In this document: positions 18,715 to 28,183 of the stretch, piece after piece
Layout: each line of letters begins with the position of its first letter
How positions within the stretch are numbered: position 1 is the stretch's first letter
Assembly (NCBI GenBank): GCA_036310525.1
Contig: JAXJRQ010000166.1
Span: 1-52,238 of the forward strand
DNA length: 52,238 nucleotides
Direction of reading: 5' to 3'
From: Clostridia bacterium
Lineage (GTDB): Bacteria > Bacillota > Clostridia > UBA1381
Program-made: the position numbers and the translations under genes
The notes under the pieces: generated by a model
The model's input: only the letters and a program-made list of their open reading frames with translations
Told to the model about the DNA's origin: nothing
The model's database searches: none

Positions 18715-20154
18715 TTATTTACTGTGCAAATGACTGTACACTACCAGACGCTCGTCAAAATCAAACTTTTCCTTGCCGATTATCTGATATGTTTCCTGAC
18801 CCTTGCCTGCAAGTATAATCACGTCACCTGCTTTGGCATTATCAAGTGCATACCCGATTGCTTTACGTCTGTCGGTTATAAGAGTATATTCTCCGCCGCT
18901 CTTTTTCATGCCCTCTTCAATCTGTTTTACGATTTTTTCGGGGTCTTCCGTTCTGGGGTTATCGGATGTGATTATGCTGTAGTCAGATAATCTGCCCGCA
19001 ATTTCGCCCATAACGGCACGTTTGGAATTGTCTCTGTCACCACCGCAGCCGAATAAGGTTATTACCTTACCCACCGCAAATTCTTTTACACAATTTATTA
19101 TATTCTCAAGACCGTCGGGAGTATGAGCATAGTCGATAATTACGGTATAGTCCGTATCAGTCGGAACAACCTCTACTCTGCCTAAAACTCCGGTCGCCGC
19201 CGATAATCCGTCCTGAATGGTTTTCATGTCAATTCCAAGCTGAATTGCCGCACCTGCGGCACATATAGCGTTATAGACGGTAAATTTACCGGGTATCATT
19301 ACATGTACGGGATATTTTCCACCCTTATATATCATGTCAAAATCCGTGCCTCGTGCCGTAATTTTGATGTTTTCTGCTTTAAGGTCACTTCCGTCATCAA
19401 GACCAATCTTTAAAACATCGCATTTTGCTGACGGTGCGATTATTCTGCCGTGTTCATCATCGATATTGATAACACCGTGGTCACACATATCAAAAAGCTT
19501 TGCTTTTGCATTGCGGTAATTTTCCATTGTTTTATGGAAATCAAGATGGTCCTGAGTGAGATTTGAGAAAATTCCCACATCAAAGTGACAGCCGTGTACA
19601 CGGTCAAGGTCAAGAGCATGGCTCGAAACCTCCATCACCACATATTCAGCCGCACTTGAATGCATTTCAGCAAAAAGCTGTTGCAGTTCAAGGGAGTTCG
19701 GAGTTGTGGGAGTGTTGCTCTGGGTAATAAGCACTTTATCACCGATTATATTCTGATTTGTACCTATTACACCTACACATTTTCCGGCTTCGTCAAGAAT
19801 ACTCTTCAATAAATATGTTATAGTCGTTTTTCCGTTTGTGCCCGTAACACCTACAAGCTTAAACTTAGACGAGGGATAATCGTAAAATCTGCATGCAAGC
19901 TCTGCGATGGTTTTTCTTGCATCAGAAACGTACCACACAGGAGTATCTGCACAGACCTCATCCTCTGCAACAATGACCGCCGCACCATTTTTCAATGCGG
20001 AATCAACATATTTATGACCGTCGGTTTCAAATCCCTTTATGCAGACAAACACATTACCCGGTTGAACCTTCCGAGAGTCATATGCGATACCTGTAATTTC
20101 AATGTCATCAAACTTCTCAATCCAGCTTTCACCGAAAAGTACGGAAGTAAGCAT
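18715..20154 (-). CDS. murE: UDP-MurNAc-L-Ala-D-Glu--2,6-diaminopimelate ligase MurE
   Basis: P-loop VTGTNGKTT. The DNPR motif (ITSDNPRTEDP) indicates meso-DAP specificity. Confidence 0.95.
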   Translation of the reverse strand: MLTSVLFGESWIEKFDDIEITGIAYDSRKVQPGNVFVCIKGFETDGHKYVDSALKNGAAVIVAEDEVCADTPVWYVSDARKTIAELACRFYDYPSSKFKLVGVTGTNGKTTITYLLKSILDEAGKCVGVIGTNQNIIGDKVLITQSNTPTTPNSLELQQLFAEMHSSAAEYVVMEVSSHALDLDRVHGCHFDVGIFSNLTQDHLDFHKTMENYRNAKAKLFDMCDHGVINIDDEHGRIIAPSAKCDVLKIGLDDGSDLKAENIKITARGTDFDMIYKGGKYPVHVMIPGKFTVYNAICAAGAAIQLGIDMKTIQDGLSAATGVLGRVEVVPTDTDYTVIIDYAHTPDGLENIINCVKEFAVGKVITLFGCGGDRDNSKRAVMGEIAGRLSDYSIITSDNPRTEDPEKIVKQIEEGMKKSGGEYTLITDRRKAIGYALDNAKAGDVIILAGKGQETYQIIGKEKFDFDERLVVYSHLHSK

Positions 20155-20181
20155 TCTTAATCCCCCCTAAACTATTTTTGC

Positions 20182-22476
20182 TTAGTCCTGAGCCGCCTGT
20201 CTGAATTCTACACCGACAACAGAACCGGCGCTGACTTTTTCGCCCGGCTTGATGCTCTGGCTCACGGAATATGCAAATCTTGATTCACTGTGACCTGCAC
20301 CCATAATTTCAAGGTTTAAGTCTCTTACAGCAAGAGCGTATCTTACCGATTCAACCGACATACCCTTAAGCTCAGGTACAGTGACGGTTATATCCTCGTA
20401 ATCCTCTTCTGTATATAAAATTATAATAGATTCTTCGCCCATCATAACGCCCGGCTTCGGAAGCTGACCTACAATCTTCGCCCCGTCGCCCTTGACATTA
20501 TAATAAAGTCCTGCATCTGCAATGGCTTCTTTCGCCTTTGATACAGACAAATCCCTTACATCGGGAACCTCCATTTTAACCTCGGGAGTATCTCCTTCGG
20601 CGTACTGCTTCTCAATTCCAAGATAATTTAAAGTATCTTCGATAATTTCACCCGCAAGCGGTGCAGCAATGGTGCCACCGAACTTATTCGCCACCTGAGG
20701 CTCGTCAAGCATAATAAGACAAACCAGTTCAGGATCATTTGCAGGCGCAAAGCCGACAAATGAAGCAATTCGCTTGTCACTGCCTCGGGGCTGTTTCTCC
20801 GAAGTACCTGTTTTACCGCCTATACGGCAACCCTTTACATATGCGTTTTTACCAGTTGCTTCAGGGTCAGAAACAACCTTTTCAAGCACGTCACGCATTT
20901 TTGCCGAGGTTTCCTCCGAAATAACACGGCTCACAACCTCAGGCTGGTATGACTTAACCACACCCTCATTATTTCTTATTTCCTTAACAATCTGCGGACG
21001 CATTCTTTCACCGCCGTTTATTACGGCGCTGATAGCGGTTATGAGCTGAACAGGTGTTACCTGGAAGCCCTGACCGAACGCACTTGTGGCAAGGTCCACG
21101 TTGTTCATGCGTGTTTTGTAGTAAATACTTGTACTTTCACCGCCAAGCTCAATGCCCGTTTTTTCGGCAAGACCGAATGCAGTAAAATACTCCATAAATT
21201 TATCATAGCCAAGCTGAAGTCCGACATCCATAAATACAGGGTTACATGAATTCATAACACCCTGTTCAAAGGTCTGCGGACCATGACCCTCTTCACTCGC
21301 ACAGCTGATTTGTCTGTCCTCAACTATACGGAATCCCGGACAGTAGAACTTTGTGTTCATGTCCACAAGATGTTCTTCAAGCGCCGCCGCCGCAGTCACA
21401 ATTTTAAATGTTGAACCCGGCTCGTATGTATCCGACACTGCTTTATTTCGCCACATTTTATTTCGCATTGCGGCTATTTTCTTCTCACTCATATTGTCAG
21501 GATCCTCTGTGGGTTTTGGAGTTGCATCCTCATCATCACTATCAGAATCCGTTTCACCCTCATAGGTAAAATCTATCGCATATTTATTGAAGGTGTCTAT
21601 GTCGTAAGGATTATTCGCATCAAAATCGGGTTTTGTCGCCATAGCAAGTATTTCGCCCGTTTTGGGGTTCATTATGATACCTGCGGCACCCTCTTTAAGC
21701 TCATGCTCAAGCACTGCCTCTTCAAGACGTTTTTCAAGGAAATGCTGAATGGTTTCATCAATAGTGAGAACTACATCATTCCCTTTTTCTGCCGCTTCAA
21801 CATATTCCTGCTGCTGTGACTCAAGTGTAGTACCCGTCGCAGTCTGATTTGTCAGCACTCTGCCTATTCGTCCGGAAAGCTGTTCATCAAAAACACGTTC
21901 TATTCCCTGAAGACCATTATTGTCATATCCCGTAAATCCCAGAACATGCGCCGCAACATCAAACGGATAATAGCGTTTTGAATCATCCTCAAAATAGATA
22001 CCCGAAAATGCATCGGCCAAAGCCTTTGCGGCATCATCAGGATCATCACCCGGATTTATTATTTTTTCAACCTCTGCAGTTTCCTCAGCGGAAATTCGTT
22101 TCTTGATAACCTGATAACGGCTTTCCTTTGTGATGACTTTCATTATATCGTCATAACGCATACTGAGTATAGGCGAAAGCTTTTCCGCTATCACCTGAGC
22201 ATTTCCGTCATTTTTAATATCCTGCGGATTACATATCAGCGTATTTACAGACGCACTTTCCGCGAGCGTTTTTCCGTTACGGTCATAAATATTACCACGG
22301 GCGGCAGTAATGACACTGCTTCCCTGCTGTTGATTTTTCGCTTTCGTCCAAAGCTCTTCACCGCGGATTATCTGCCAATATGAAACCCTCAGAATTAAAG
22401 CTGCCAGACATGCAACAACCGCTCCTGTCATCACAATGGCACGCTTCCTTATTCTATTTACTGATGGTGTTGGCAT
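20182..22476 (-). CDS. Class B penicillin-binding protein (PBP2B/SpoVD type) with two C-terminal PASTA domains
   Basis: N-terminal TM anchor, transpeptidase motifs STFK, SCN and KTGT, and two PASTA-like repeats (VPDVRDLSVSKAKEAI..., VPELKGMSVESVRYAL...). Confidence 0.9.
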   Translation of the reverse strand: MPTPSVNRIRKRAIVMTGAVVACLAALILRVSYWQIIRGEELWTKAKNQQQGSSVITAARGNIYDRNGKTLAESASVNTLICNPQDIKNDGNAQVIAEKLSPILSMRYDDIMKVITKESRYQVIKKRISAEETAEVEKIINPGDDPDDAAKALADAFSGIYFEDDSKRYYPFDVAAHVLGFTGYDNNGLQGIERVFDEQLSGRIGRVLTNQTATGTTLESQQQEYVEAAEKGNDVVLTIDETIQHFLEKRLEEAVLEHELKEGAAGIIMNPKTGEILAMATKPDFDANNPYDIDTFNKYAIDFTYEGETDSDSDDEDATPKPTEDPDNMSEKKIAAMRNKMWRNKAVSDTYEPGSTFKIVTAAAALEEHLVDMNTKFYCPGFRIVEDRQISCASEEGHGPQTFEQGVMNSCNPVFMDVGLQLGYDKFMEYFTAFGLAEKTGIELGGESTSIYYKTRMNNVDLATSAFGQGFQVTPVQLITAISAVINGGERMRPQIVKEIRNNEGVVKSYQPEVVSRVISEETSAKMRDVLEKVVSDPEATGKNAYVKGCRIGGKTGTSEKQPRGSDKRIASFVGFAPANDPELVCLIMLDEPQVANKFGGTIAAPLAGEIIEDTLNYLGIEKQYAEGDTPEVKMEVPDVRDLSVSKAKEAIADAGLYYNVKGDGAKIVGQLPKPGVMMGEESIIILYTEEDYEDITVTVPELKGMSVESVRYALAVRDLNLEIMGAGHSESRFAYSVSQSIKPGEKVSAGSVVGVEFRQAAQD

Positions 22477-22571
22477 TATTTTATTTCCTTCTTATTATAA
22501 TTTGTTTCTAATCAAGTAAATCCCGCTATCCTTCGGACAGTGGGAAAATCATTTACTTTAAGACATATACA

Positions 22572-23057
22572 CTATTCTATGCTGAAAAACTCTACAATAT
22601 TACCTGCAATCTCCTTGATTGCTTTTCCCAGGCGGATATGTATACCTTCAACCTCACCTGCGACTTTCTCGGTCACATCGCCCTGCTTGACGTTAACGTA
22701 AATAGTCTGATACCGTTCCGGACGCTGCATACCAAGTCTTGTGGTTGCCTCTTTTTCTATAGTTGCGAGGTCAACACTATGTTCAAGCTCGAACATTTTC
22801 TGAGCTGTTGCGGACTGCGCCGCTTCTAAGTTGTCCTGCAAAATTGCCGCTTCCTGTTTTGTCTCATTAACAGCCACGAACTGCGAAATCATAAATCCCG
22901 CAGAAAATGACACTAAAACAGTAGCACATATTCTGCAAATATTTTTGCGTCGTATGAGCATCTGTTCATGCTTCCTCTTTTTTGCCTTATTCTGTTGTGG
23001 TTTCTTCTCTATCGGCGCTTCCTGATACTGTTTATACGCCAAATTTCCGTATGCCAC
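22572..23057 (-). CDS. ftsL: Cell division protein FtsL-like (single-pass membrane, coiled coil)
   Basis: Position between rsmH and pbp, one TM helix (ICATVLVSFSAGFMISQFVAV) and a clostridial FtsL-like C-terminus (ATIEKEATTRLGMQRP). Confidence 0.6.
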   Translation of the reverse strand: MAYGNLAYKQYQEAPIEKKPQQNKAKKRKHEQMLIRRKNICRICATVLVSFSAGFMISQFVAVNETKQEAAILQDNLEAAQSATAQKMFELEHSVDLATIEKEATTRLGMQRPERYQTIYVNVKQGDVTEKVAGEVEGIHIRLGKAIKEIAGNIVEFFSIE

Positions 23058-23067
23058 TAACTTACTC

Positions 23068-24000
23068 CTATATTTTCTCTAAAACTCTTAATTTCGCACT
23101 TTTCGACCTGGAATTATTCTCTGTTTCCTCACGATCCGGAAGTATGGGTTTTCGTGTCACAAGCTTTGCTTTGGGAACGTTACCGCATACGCACACCGGA
23201 AATTCCTTCGGACATATACATCCCTGTGCCAGTGAAGCAAATGTCTGCTTCACAATTCTGTCCTCAAGAGAATGGAACGTTATTATTGCAAGTCTTCCGC
23301 CCGGCTTTAATGCCTCGCAAAAATCACTGATTGCATCATGAAGAATTCCAAGTTCGTTATTCACTTCTATGCGGATAGCCTGAAAAATTCTCTTTCCGGG
23401 ATGTCCGCCGTCCATTCTTGCACTCTTAGGTATAGCCGCCTTGATTATTTCAACCAGTTCAAAGGTTGTTTCAAGTGGCTTTTTTTGTCTTTCGTTAATT
23501 ATAAATTCAGCTATTCTTTTTGACCATTTTTCTTCGCCGTAGTCAAAAAATATTCTTGTTAAATCCTCGCATGAGTATGAGTTCACCACATCATACGCTG
23601 ATTTTGCGCTTTCTCTGTTCATACGCATATCGAGAGGCGCATCATGCATATAGCTGAAACCTCTTTCACCATTGTCGAGCTGATATGAGCTTACGCCCAA
23701 ATCAAGTATGGCACCGTCAATACTGTCAATGCCAAGCTCGTCCAATATACTCTTAATTCTGCAAAAATTGCTGTTGACAACACTTACACGCTTGTCAAAG
23801 CACTGCAGTCTTTTTGTTGCAGCGGCAATAGCCTCTTTGTCCTGATCAATACCGATAAGCTTACAGGTATCATTTGACGATAACAGCTTATACGAATGAC
23901 CGCCTCCGCCAAGAGTTCCGTCAACATACACTCCGTTATCCTTAACATTAAGAAGCTTCACGCTTTTTTCAAGAAGTACCGAAACATGCTTAAATTCCAT
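23068..24000 (-). CDS. rsmH: 16S rRNA (cytosine1402-N4)-methyltransferase RsmH
   Basis: HVSVLL, DGTLGGGGHS, DLGVSSYQLD and SAKLRV motifs. Confidence 0.95.
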   Translation of the reverse strand: MEFKHVSVLLEKSVKLLNVKDNGVYVDGTLGGGGHSYKLLSSNDTCKLIGIDQDKEAIAAATKRLQCFDKRVSVVNSNFCRIKSILDELGIDSIDGAILDLGVSSYQLDNGERGFSYMHDAPLDMRMNRESAKSAYDVVNSYSCEDLTRIFFDYGEEKWSKRIAEFIINERQKKPLETTFELVEIIKAAIPKSARMDGGHPGKRIFQAIRIEVNNELGILHDAISDFCEALKPGGRLAIITFHSLEDRIVKQTFASLAQGCICPKEFPVCVCGNVPKAKLVTRKPILPDREETENNSRSKSAKLRVLEKI

Positions 24001-24033
24001 AACATTCTCCGTTTATGCCATATTAAGGCAAAA

Positions 24034-24477
24034 TCAAATATTGAGTCCGTATTTCAGGATACCTTCCATCATGATGTCATCCGACAAATCATCCTGATAT
24101 TTCTTCCATGTTTCACTGTCCCAGATTTCAAGCCTTGTATTGGCGCCTATCAGGACAACCTCTTTTGAAAGCGATGCATATTCCATGAGCTTTTCACCTA
24201 TGGAAATACGTCCCTGCTTATCCACCTGCTCCGAAGTGGCTTTACCGTAAAACAAACGCACAAAAGCAGCTGCATTCCTGTCCGTTGCTGTCGGAAGCTG
24301 ACTAACCTTATCGGAAACATTCGCCCATTCTTCTTCAGTATAGAGATGCAGACACTTATCAAAAGGTGCACGGGTGATATACACGGTATTACCCAGAAGG
24401 GATCTTATTTTTGCGGGAAGTATAATTCTTCCTCGTTCATCAAGCTGTCTTTCATATTCATCAACAAAAGTAGCCAC
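24034..24477 (-). CDS. mraZ: Transcriptional regulator MraZ
   Basis: Two SpoVT/AbrB-like repeats (LDERGRIILPAKIR and VDKQGRISIGEKL). First gene of the dcw cluster. Confidence 0.9.
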   Translation of the reverse strand: MATFVDEYERQLDERGRIILPAKIRSLLGNTVYITRAPFDKCLHLYTEEEWANVSDKVSQLPTATDRNAAAFVRLFYGKATSEQVDKQGRISIGEKLMEYASLSKEVVLIGANTRLEIWDSETWKKYQDDLSDDIMMEGILKYGLNI

Positions 24478-24580
24478 CGTATATTCACCGCCTTTCTTGC
24501 TTTAAGTAATTCATGGTTCACTGTCGTAAATATTTCCTCCCGACAGCATGTAAAACAAAACGCAGGACTTGTACATTCTC

Positions 24581-24614
24581 TCCCATTTCCTCCATTTTGC
24601 TCCCCGTATATCCA
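24581..24614 (-). promoter_or_regulatory. Candidate MraZ operator: four TGGR-type boxes with about 10-bp phasing
   Basis: The minus strand reads TGGAT-ATACG-GGGAG-CAAAA-TGGAG-GAAA-TGGGA, 105-140 nt upstream of the mraZ ATG. Spacings are 9, 11 and 9 nt. Confidence 0.3.
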
Positions 24615-24918
24615 TTTTACCTTATTTTTGCAAGAAAAGCAATATGTTTTTTAAAATTTTTTTAAATAATTATCCCAATTTGAATACATTTTCTTCTTTT
24701 ACTTGTAAAATCAAAAAAAATAGGGTATAATTATTGGAAAGAACACAAATAAAAAATGGTGTATATTGGTATTAATTGCACAATATAACCACTATATCTT
24801 GTGTCTGTTACTATTGTATCACAAAATATTTAATTTGTGAAGTCTTTTTTTAAAAATTTTTTTCAGAAATATTACATTTTTATTTTTTGTGATATTTTAC
24901 CGGAAAATGGAGGTTGTT

Positions 24919-27084
24919 ATGAACGAATCAGAAAACAAAATTGTCGATATTTTAACTTCGGAGTTTAAAATAGAGAAATGGCAGGTCACAAACACTATAG
25001 AATTGATTGATGAAGGAAACACTATTCCCTTTATCGCCAGATACCGAAAGGAAAAAACAGGAACACTGAGCGATGAGGTGTTACGTGATTTTTCCGAAAG
25101 ACTTACATATCTGAGAAATCTTGAGGATAAAAAAGCAGAAATTGCACGTCTGATTGATGAACAGGGAAAGCTCACCGAAGAGCTGACACTTGCAATCACA
25201 AATGCGAATACGCTTTCCGAGCTTGAGGACATTTACCGTCCGTACAGACCCAAGCGCCGTACACGTGCAACCATTGCAAAGGAAAAAGGACTTGAACCGC
25301 TTGCAATTATTCTTTTCAAGCAGGAAATATATGAAGGAAGTATTGATTCAATCGCACTCGACTTTATAGATGCTGAAAAAGGCGTTGAAACAACCGAGGA
25401 TGCATTAAACGGTGCAATGGATATTATAGCCGAAGCAATAAGCGATAACGCAGATTACAGAAAATCAATACGTTCAATGACTCTCAGGAATGCCATGCTC
25501 GTTTCAAAGGCAGCTACAGAGGAGGACAGCGTATACAGACTTTACTATGATTTCTCCGAGCCGCTTTCAAAGCTTGCTCACCACAGACTTCTTGCAGTGA
25601 ACCGTGGCGAAAAGGAAGGCTTTTTATCGGTAAAAATTGAGCTTGATGAACAGCCGATTATTAATTATCTGCACAGACAAGTCGCATCAAGAAAGCGTGC
25701 GATTACTACCGAATACGTCGAAGCAGCAGCAGAGGATGCATACAGCAGACTGATTGCACCGTCAATTTCAAACGAAATACGAAATCTTCTTACAGAAAAC
25801 GCAGAAGAAGCATCAATAAAGGTATTCAGAAAGAATCTTTCAGGTCTTTTACTGCAGCCGCCCGTAAAGGGAAATGTTGTTCTCGGCTTTGACCCCGGAT
25901 ACCGTACCGGCTGTAAAGTAGCTGTTGTTGATGAAACAGGCAAGGTGCTTGATACGGGTATTGTTTACTGCACACTACCCATTCACGATAAGGAAAAAGC
26001 AAAAACTGTTCTTAAAAATCTTATTACAAAGCATAATGTTAATATAGTTTCAATAGGAAACGGTACAGCGTCAAAGGAATCCGAAATCTTTGTTTCAGAC
26101 CTTATAAAGGAGCTTGACCGTACAGTTTATTATGTAATGACAAACGAAGCAGGTGCTTCGGTATACAGTGCTTCAAAGCTTGCTACGGAAGAATTTCCGC
26201 AATTTGACGTTGCTTTAAGAAGTGCTGTTTCAATTGCAAGACGTCTGCAAGACCCATTGGCAGAGCTTGTTAAAATTGACCCGAAATCAATCGGCGTAGG
26301 ACAGTATCAGCACGACATGAATCAGAAACGTCTCGGCGAAGCTTTGGGCGGAGTTGTTGAAGGCTGTGTTAACAGCGTAGGCGTTGACCTTAACACCGCA
26401 TCGCCATCATTATTATCGTACGTTGCAGGAGTCAACAGCACAGTCGCAAAAAATATAATTGCATATCGTGAAGAAAACGGTAAGTTCTCATCGAGAAAAG
26501 AGCTTTTAAAGGTTCCCAAGCTCGGTAACAAGGCATTTGAGCAGTGTGCAGGATTTTTGCGTATTCCTGACAGCGACAATGTTCTCGACAATACATCGGT
26601 GCATCCTGAAAGCTATAAAGCCGCAGAAGAGCTCTTAAAAAAGCTCGACTACACCGTTCAGGATGTTGCAGAAGGAAACATCAGCGACATCAAGAGCAGA
26701 CTTGCTCAGCTTGACACTGCGCTTTTTGCTTCTGAGCTTGGCATCGGTCAGATAACGCTTGAGGATATTGCCGACAGCTTATTAAAGCGTGGACGTGACC
26801 CACGTGAAGAACTGCCACAGCCCGTTTTAAGAAGCGACATTCTTTCAATGGAGGATTTGAAAACGGGAATGATTCTTACGGGAACTGTAAGAAATGTTAT
26901 AGATTTCGGCGCATTTGTTGACATTGGTGTACATCAGGACGGTCTTGTGCACATATCGCATATATGTGACAAATATATAAAGCACCCCACAGACGTTTTA
27001 TCGGTAGGAGATATTGTCAAGGTTAAGGTGCTTGACGTTGATGTAAAGAAAAAGCGTATTTCGCTTACCATGCGTGAAGTCTGA
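24919..27084 (+). CDS. tex: Tex-like transcription accessory protein (YqgF/HhH/S1 domains)
   Basis: Tex N-terminus (TIPFIARYRKE), YqgF-like core (GFDPGYRTGCKVAVVD), HhH region and C-terminal S1 domain (GTVRNVIDFGAFVDIG...GDIVKVKVLDVD). Start set at ATG 24919 (GGAGG RBS). Confidence 0.9.
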   Translation: MNESENKIVDILTSEFKIEKWQVTNTIELIDEGNTIPFIARYRKEKTGTLSDEVLRDFSERLTYLRNLEDKKAEIARLIDEQGKLTEELTLAITNANTLSELEDIYRPYRPKRRTRATIAKEKGLEPLAIILFKQEIYEGSIDSIALDFIDAEKGVETTEDALNGAMDIIAEAISDNADYRKSIRSMTLRNAMLVSKAATEEDSVYRLYYDFSEPLSKLAHHRLLAVNRGEKEGFLSVKIELDEQPIINYLHRQVASRKRAITTEYVEAAAEDAYSRLIAPSISNEIRNLLTENAEEASIKVFRKNLSGLLLQPPVKGNVVLGFDPGYRTGCKVAVVDETGKVLDTGIVYCTLPIHDKEKAKTVLKNLITKHNVNIVSIGNGTASKESEIFVSDLIKELDRTVYYVMTNEAGASVYSASKLATEEFPQFDVALRSAVSIARRLQDPLAELVKIDPKSIGVGQYQHDMNQKRLGEALGGVVEGCVNSVGVDLNTASPSLLSYVAGVNSTVAKNIIAYREENGKFSSRKELLKVPKLGNKAFEQCAGFLRIPDSDNVLDNTSVHPESYKAAEELLKKLDYTVQDVAEGNISDIKSRLAQLDTALFASELGIGQITLEDIADSLLKRGRDPREELPQPVLRSDILSMEDLKTGMILTGTVRNVIDFGAFVDIGVHQDGLVHISHICDKYIKHPTDVLSVGDIVKVKVLDVDVKKKRISLTMREV

Positions 27085-27109
27085 TTTGTATATTTAAATA
27101 AGAAAGGTT

Positions 27110-27916
27110 TTGAATTTTATGAATAATATCAGCTTTCCGAAGCTTAATATAAGCCTTAATATCAGTCCGGTCGCATTTAATATAGGTATACGTGAGGTGT
27201 ACTGGTATGCGCTGATTATCCTTACGGGCTTTCTTCTGGGTGTCACCTTCGTATATTTTACATGCGAAAAAAGAGGTGTGAAAAAGGGCGACGTATGGGA
27301 TATTGCCATGTTCGGACTGATAGCGGGGATTTTAGGTGCAAGAATATACTACGTACTGTTTGCGCTCGACGAATTCCGTGGAAACTGGACAGACATATTT
27401 AAAATCTGGAACGGCGGTCTTGCAATATACGGTGGTATTATCGGAGCAGTTATAAGCACATATGTAATCTGCCGTATACGCAAGCTGAATTTTAAAAACG
27501 TATGTGATGTGTGCTGCGGCGGACTATTCATCGGTCAGGCAATCGGCAGATTTGGTAATTTTGTAAATACCGAGGTATATGGCAGAGAAACAGCTCTTCC
27601 ATGGGGTATGTCCATAAACGGTGCCGCTCCCGTTCATCCGCTGTTTATATACGAGGCACTATGGAATATAGCGGGACTTGTTATTCTTGTATTGTTCAGA
27701 AACAAAAAAACCGCCGACGGTCAGGTGTTTTGCTTCTATATTTTCTGGTACTCACTCGGCAGACTGTTTCTGGAGGGAATGCGTGACAGTATATACATCC
27801 TCTACCTTATTCCTGATAAGCTCGGAATTTCACAGGCAGTTGCACTGCTTCTTATAATTGCGTCTGCTGTATCTTTTACGGTTCTGACACGCAATGCAAA
27901 AAAGAATAACGCATAA
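27110..27916 (+). CDS. lgt: Prolipoprotein diacylglyceryl transferase
   Basis: YWYALIILTGF, GARIYYV, IWNGGLAIYGG and GQAIGRFGNFVN signature blocks. Confidence 0.9.
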   Translation: MNFMNNISFPKLNISLNISPVAFNIGIREVYWYALIILTGFLLGVTFVYFTCEKRGVKKGDVWDIAMFGLIAGILGARIYYVLFALDEFRGNWTDIFKIWNGGLAIYGGIIGAVISTYVICRIRKLNFKNVCDVCCGGLFIGQAIGRFGNFVNTEVYGRETALPWGMSINGAAPVHPLFIYEALWNIAGLVILVLFRNKKTADGQVFCFYIFWYSLGRLFLEGMRDSIYILYLIPDKLGISQAVALLLIIASAVSFTVLTRNAKKNNA

Positions 27917-27966
27917 ATTGTCGAATACGGTCGGACGAAAGTTGCGATGTATTTAACCCGTATTTA

Positions 27967-27995
27967 TTGACATTATTTCATATATATTGTAAAAT
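27967..27995 (+). promoter_or_regulatory. Near-perfect sigma-A promoter (TTGACA-17-TAAAAT with extended -10 TG)
   Basis: TTGACA at 27967-27972, a 17-nt spacer ending in TG, and TAAAAT at 27990-27995. Lies 45 nt upstream of the small ORF ATG at 28041. Confidence 0.5.
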
Positions 27996-28040
27996 ATAGT
28001 CGATAAAATGATTATTTACAACTTCAGAAAGGAATGTGTC

Positions 28041-28181
28041 ATGAATACTGAATTATTAATGAAAGAATTTGAAAACCTGCTTGAAGAAAAGAATTATAAC
28101 TATTGCGACCCTCAGGTAATTGAATTAGGGTTAAAGTTAGAAAAACAGTTATTTAAAAACCACAACGGAAAGGATTGTTGA
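28041..28181 (+). CDS. Unannotated 46-aa helical protein (weakly Spo0E-family-like)
   Basis: MNTELLMKEFENLLEEKNYNYCDPQVIELGLKLEKQLFKNHNGKDC, below the ORF-track cutoff. AAAGGAA RBS. The stop lies 2 nt before the ATG of the next gene. The Spo0E SQELD motif is not conserved (GLKLE). Confidence 0.35.
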   Translation: MNTELLMKEFENLLEEKNYNYCDPQVIELGLKLEKQLFKNHNGKDC

Positions 28182-28183
28182 GC

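Noticed and set aside
24346-24654. 102-aa plus-strand ORF spanning the mraZ 5' end and its upstream region
   Set aside because: It overlaps mraZ antisense and continues into the promoter region. It has no RBS and no recognisable motifs.
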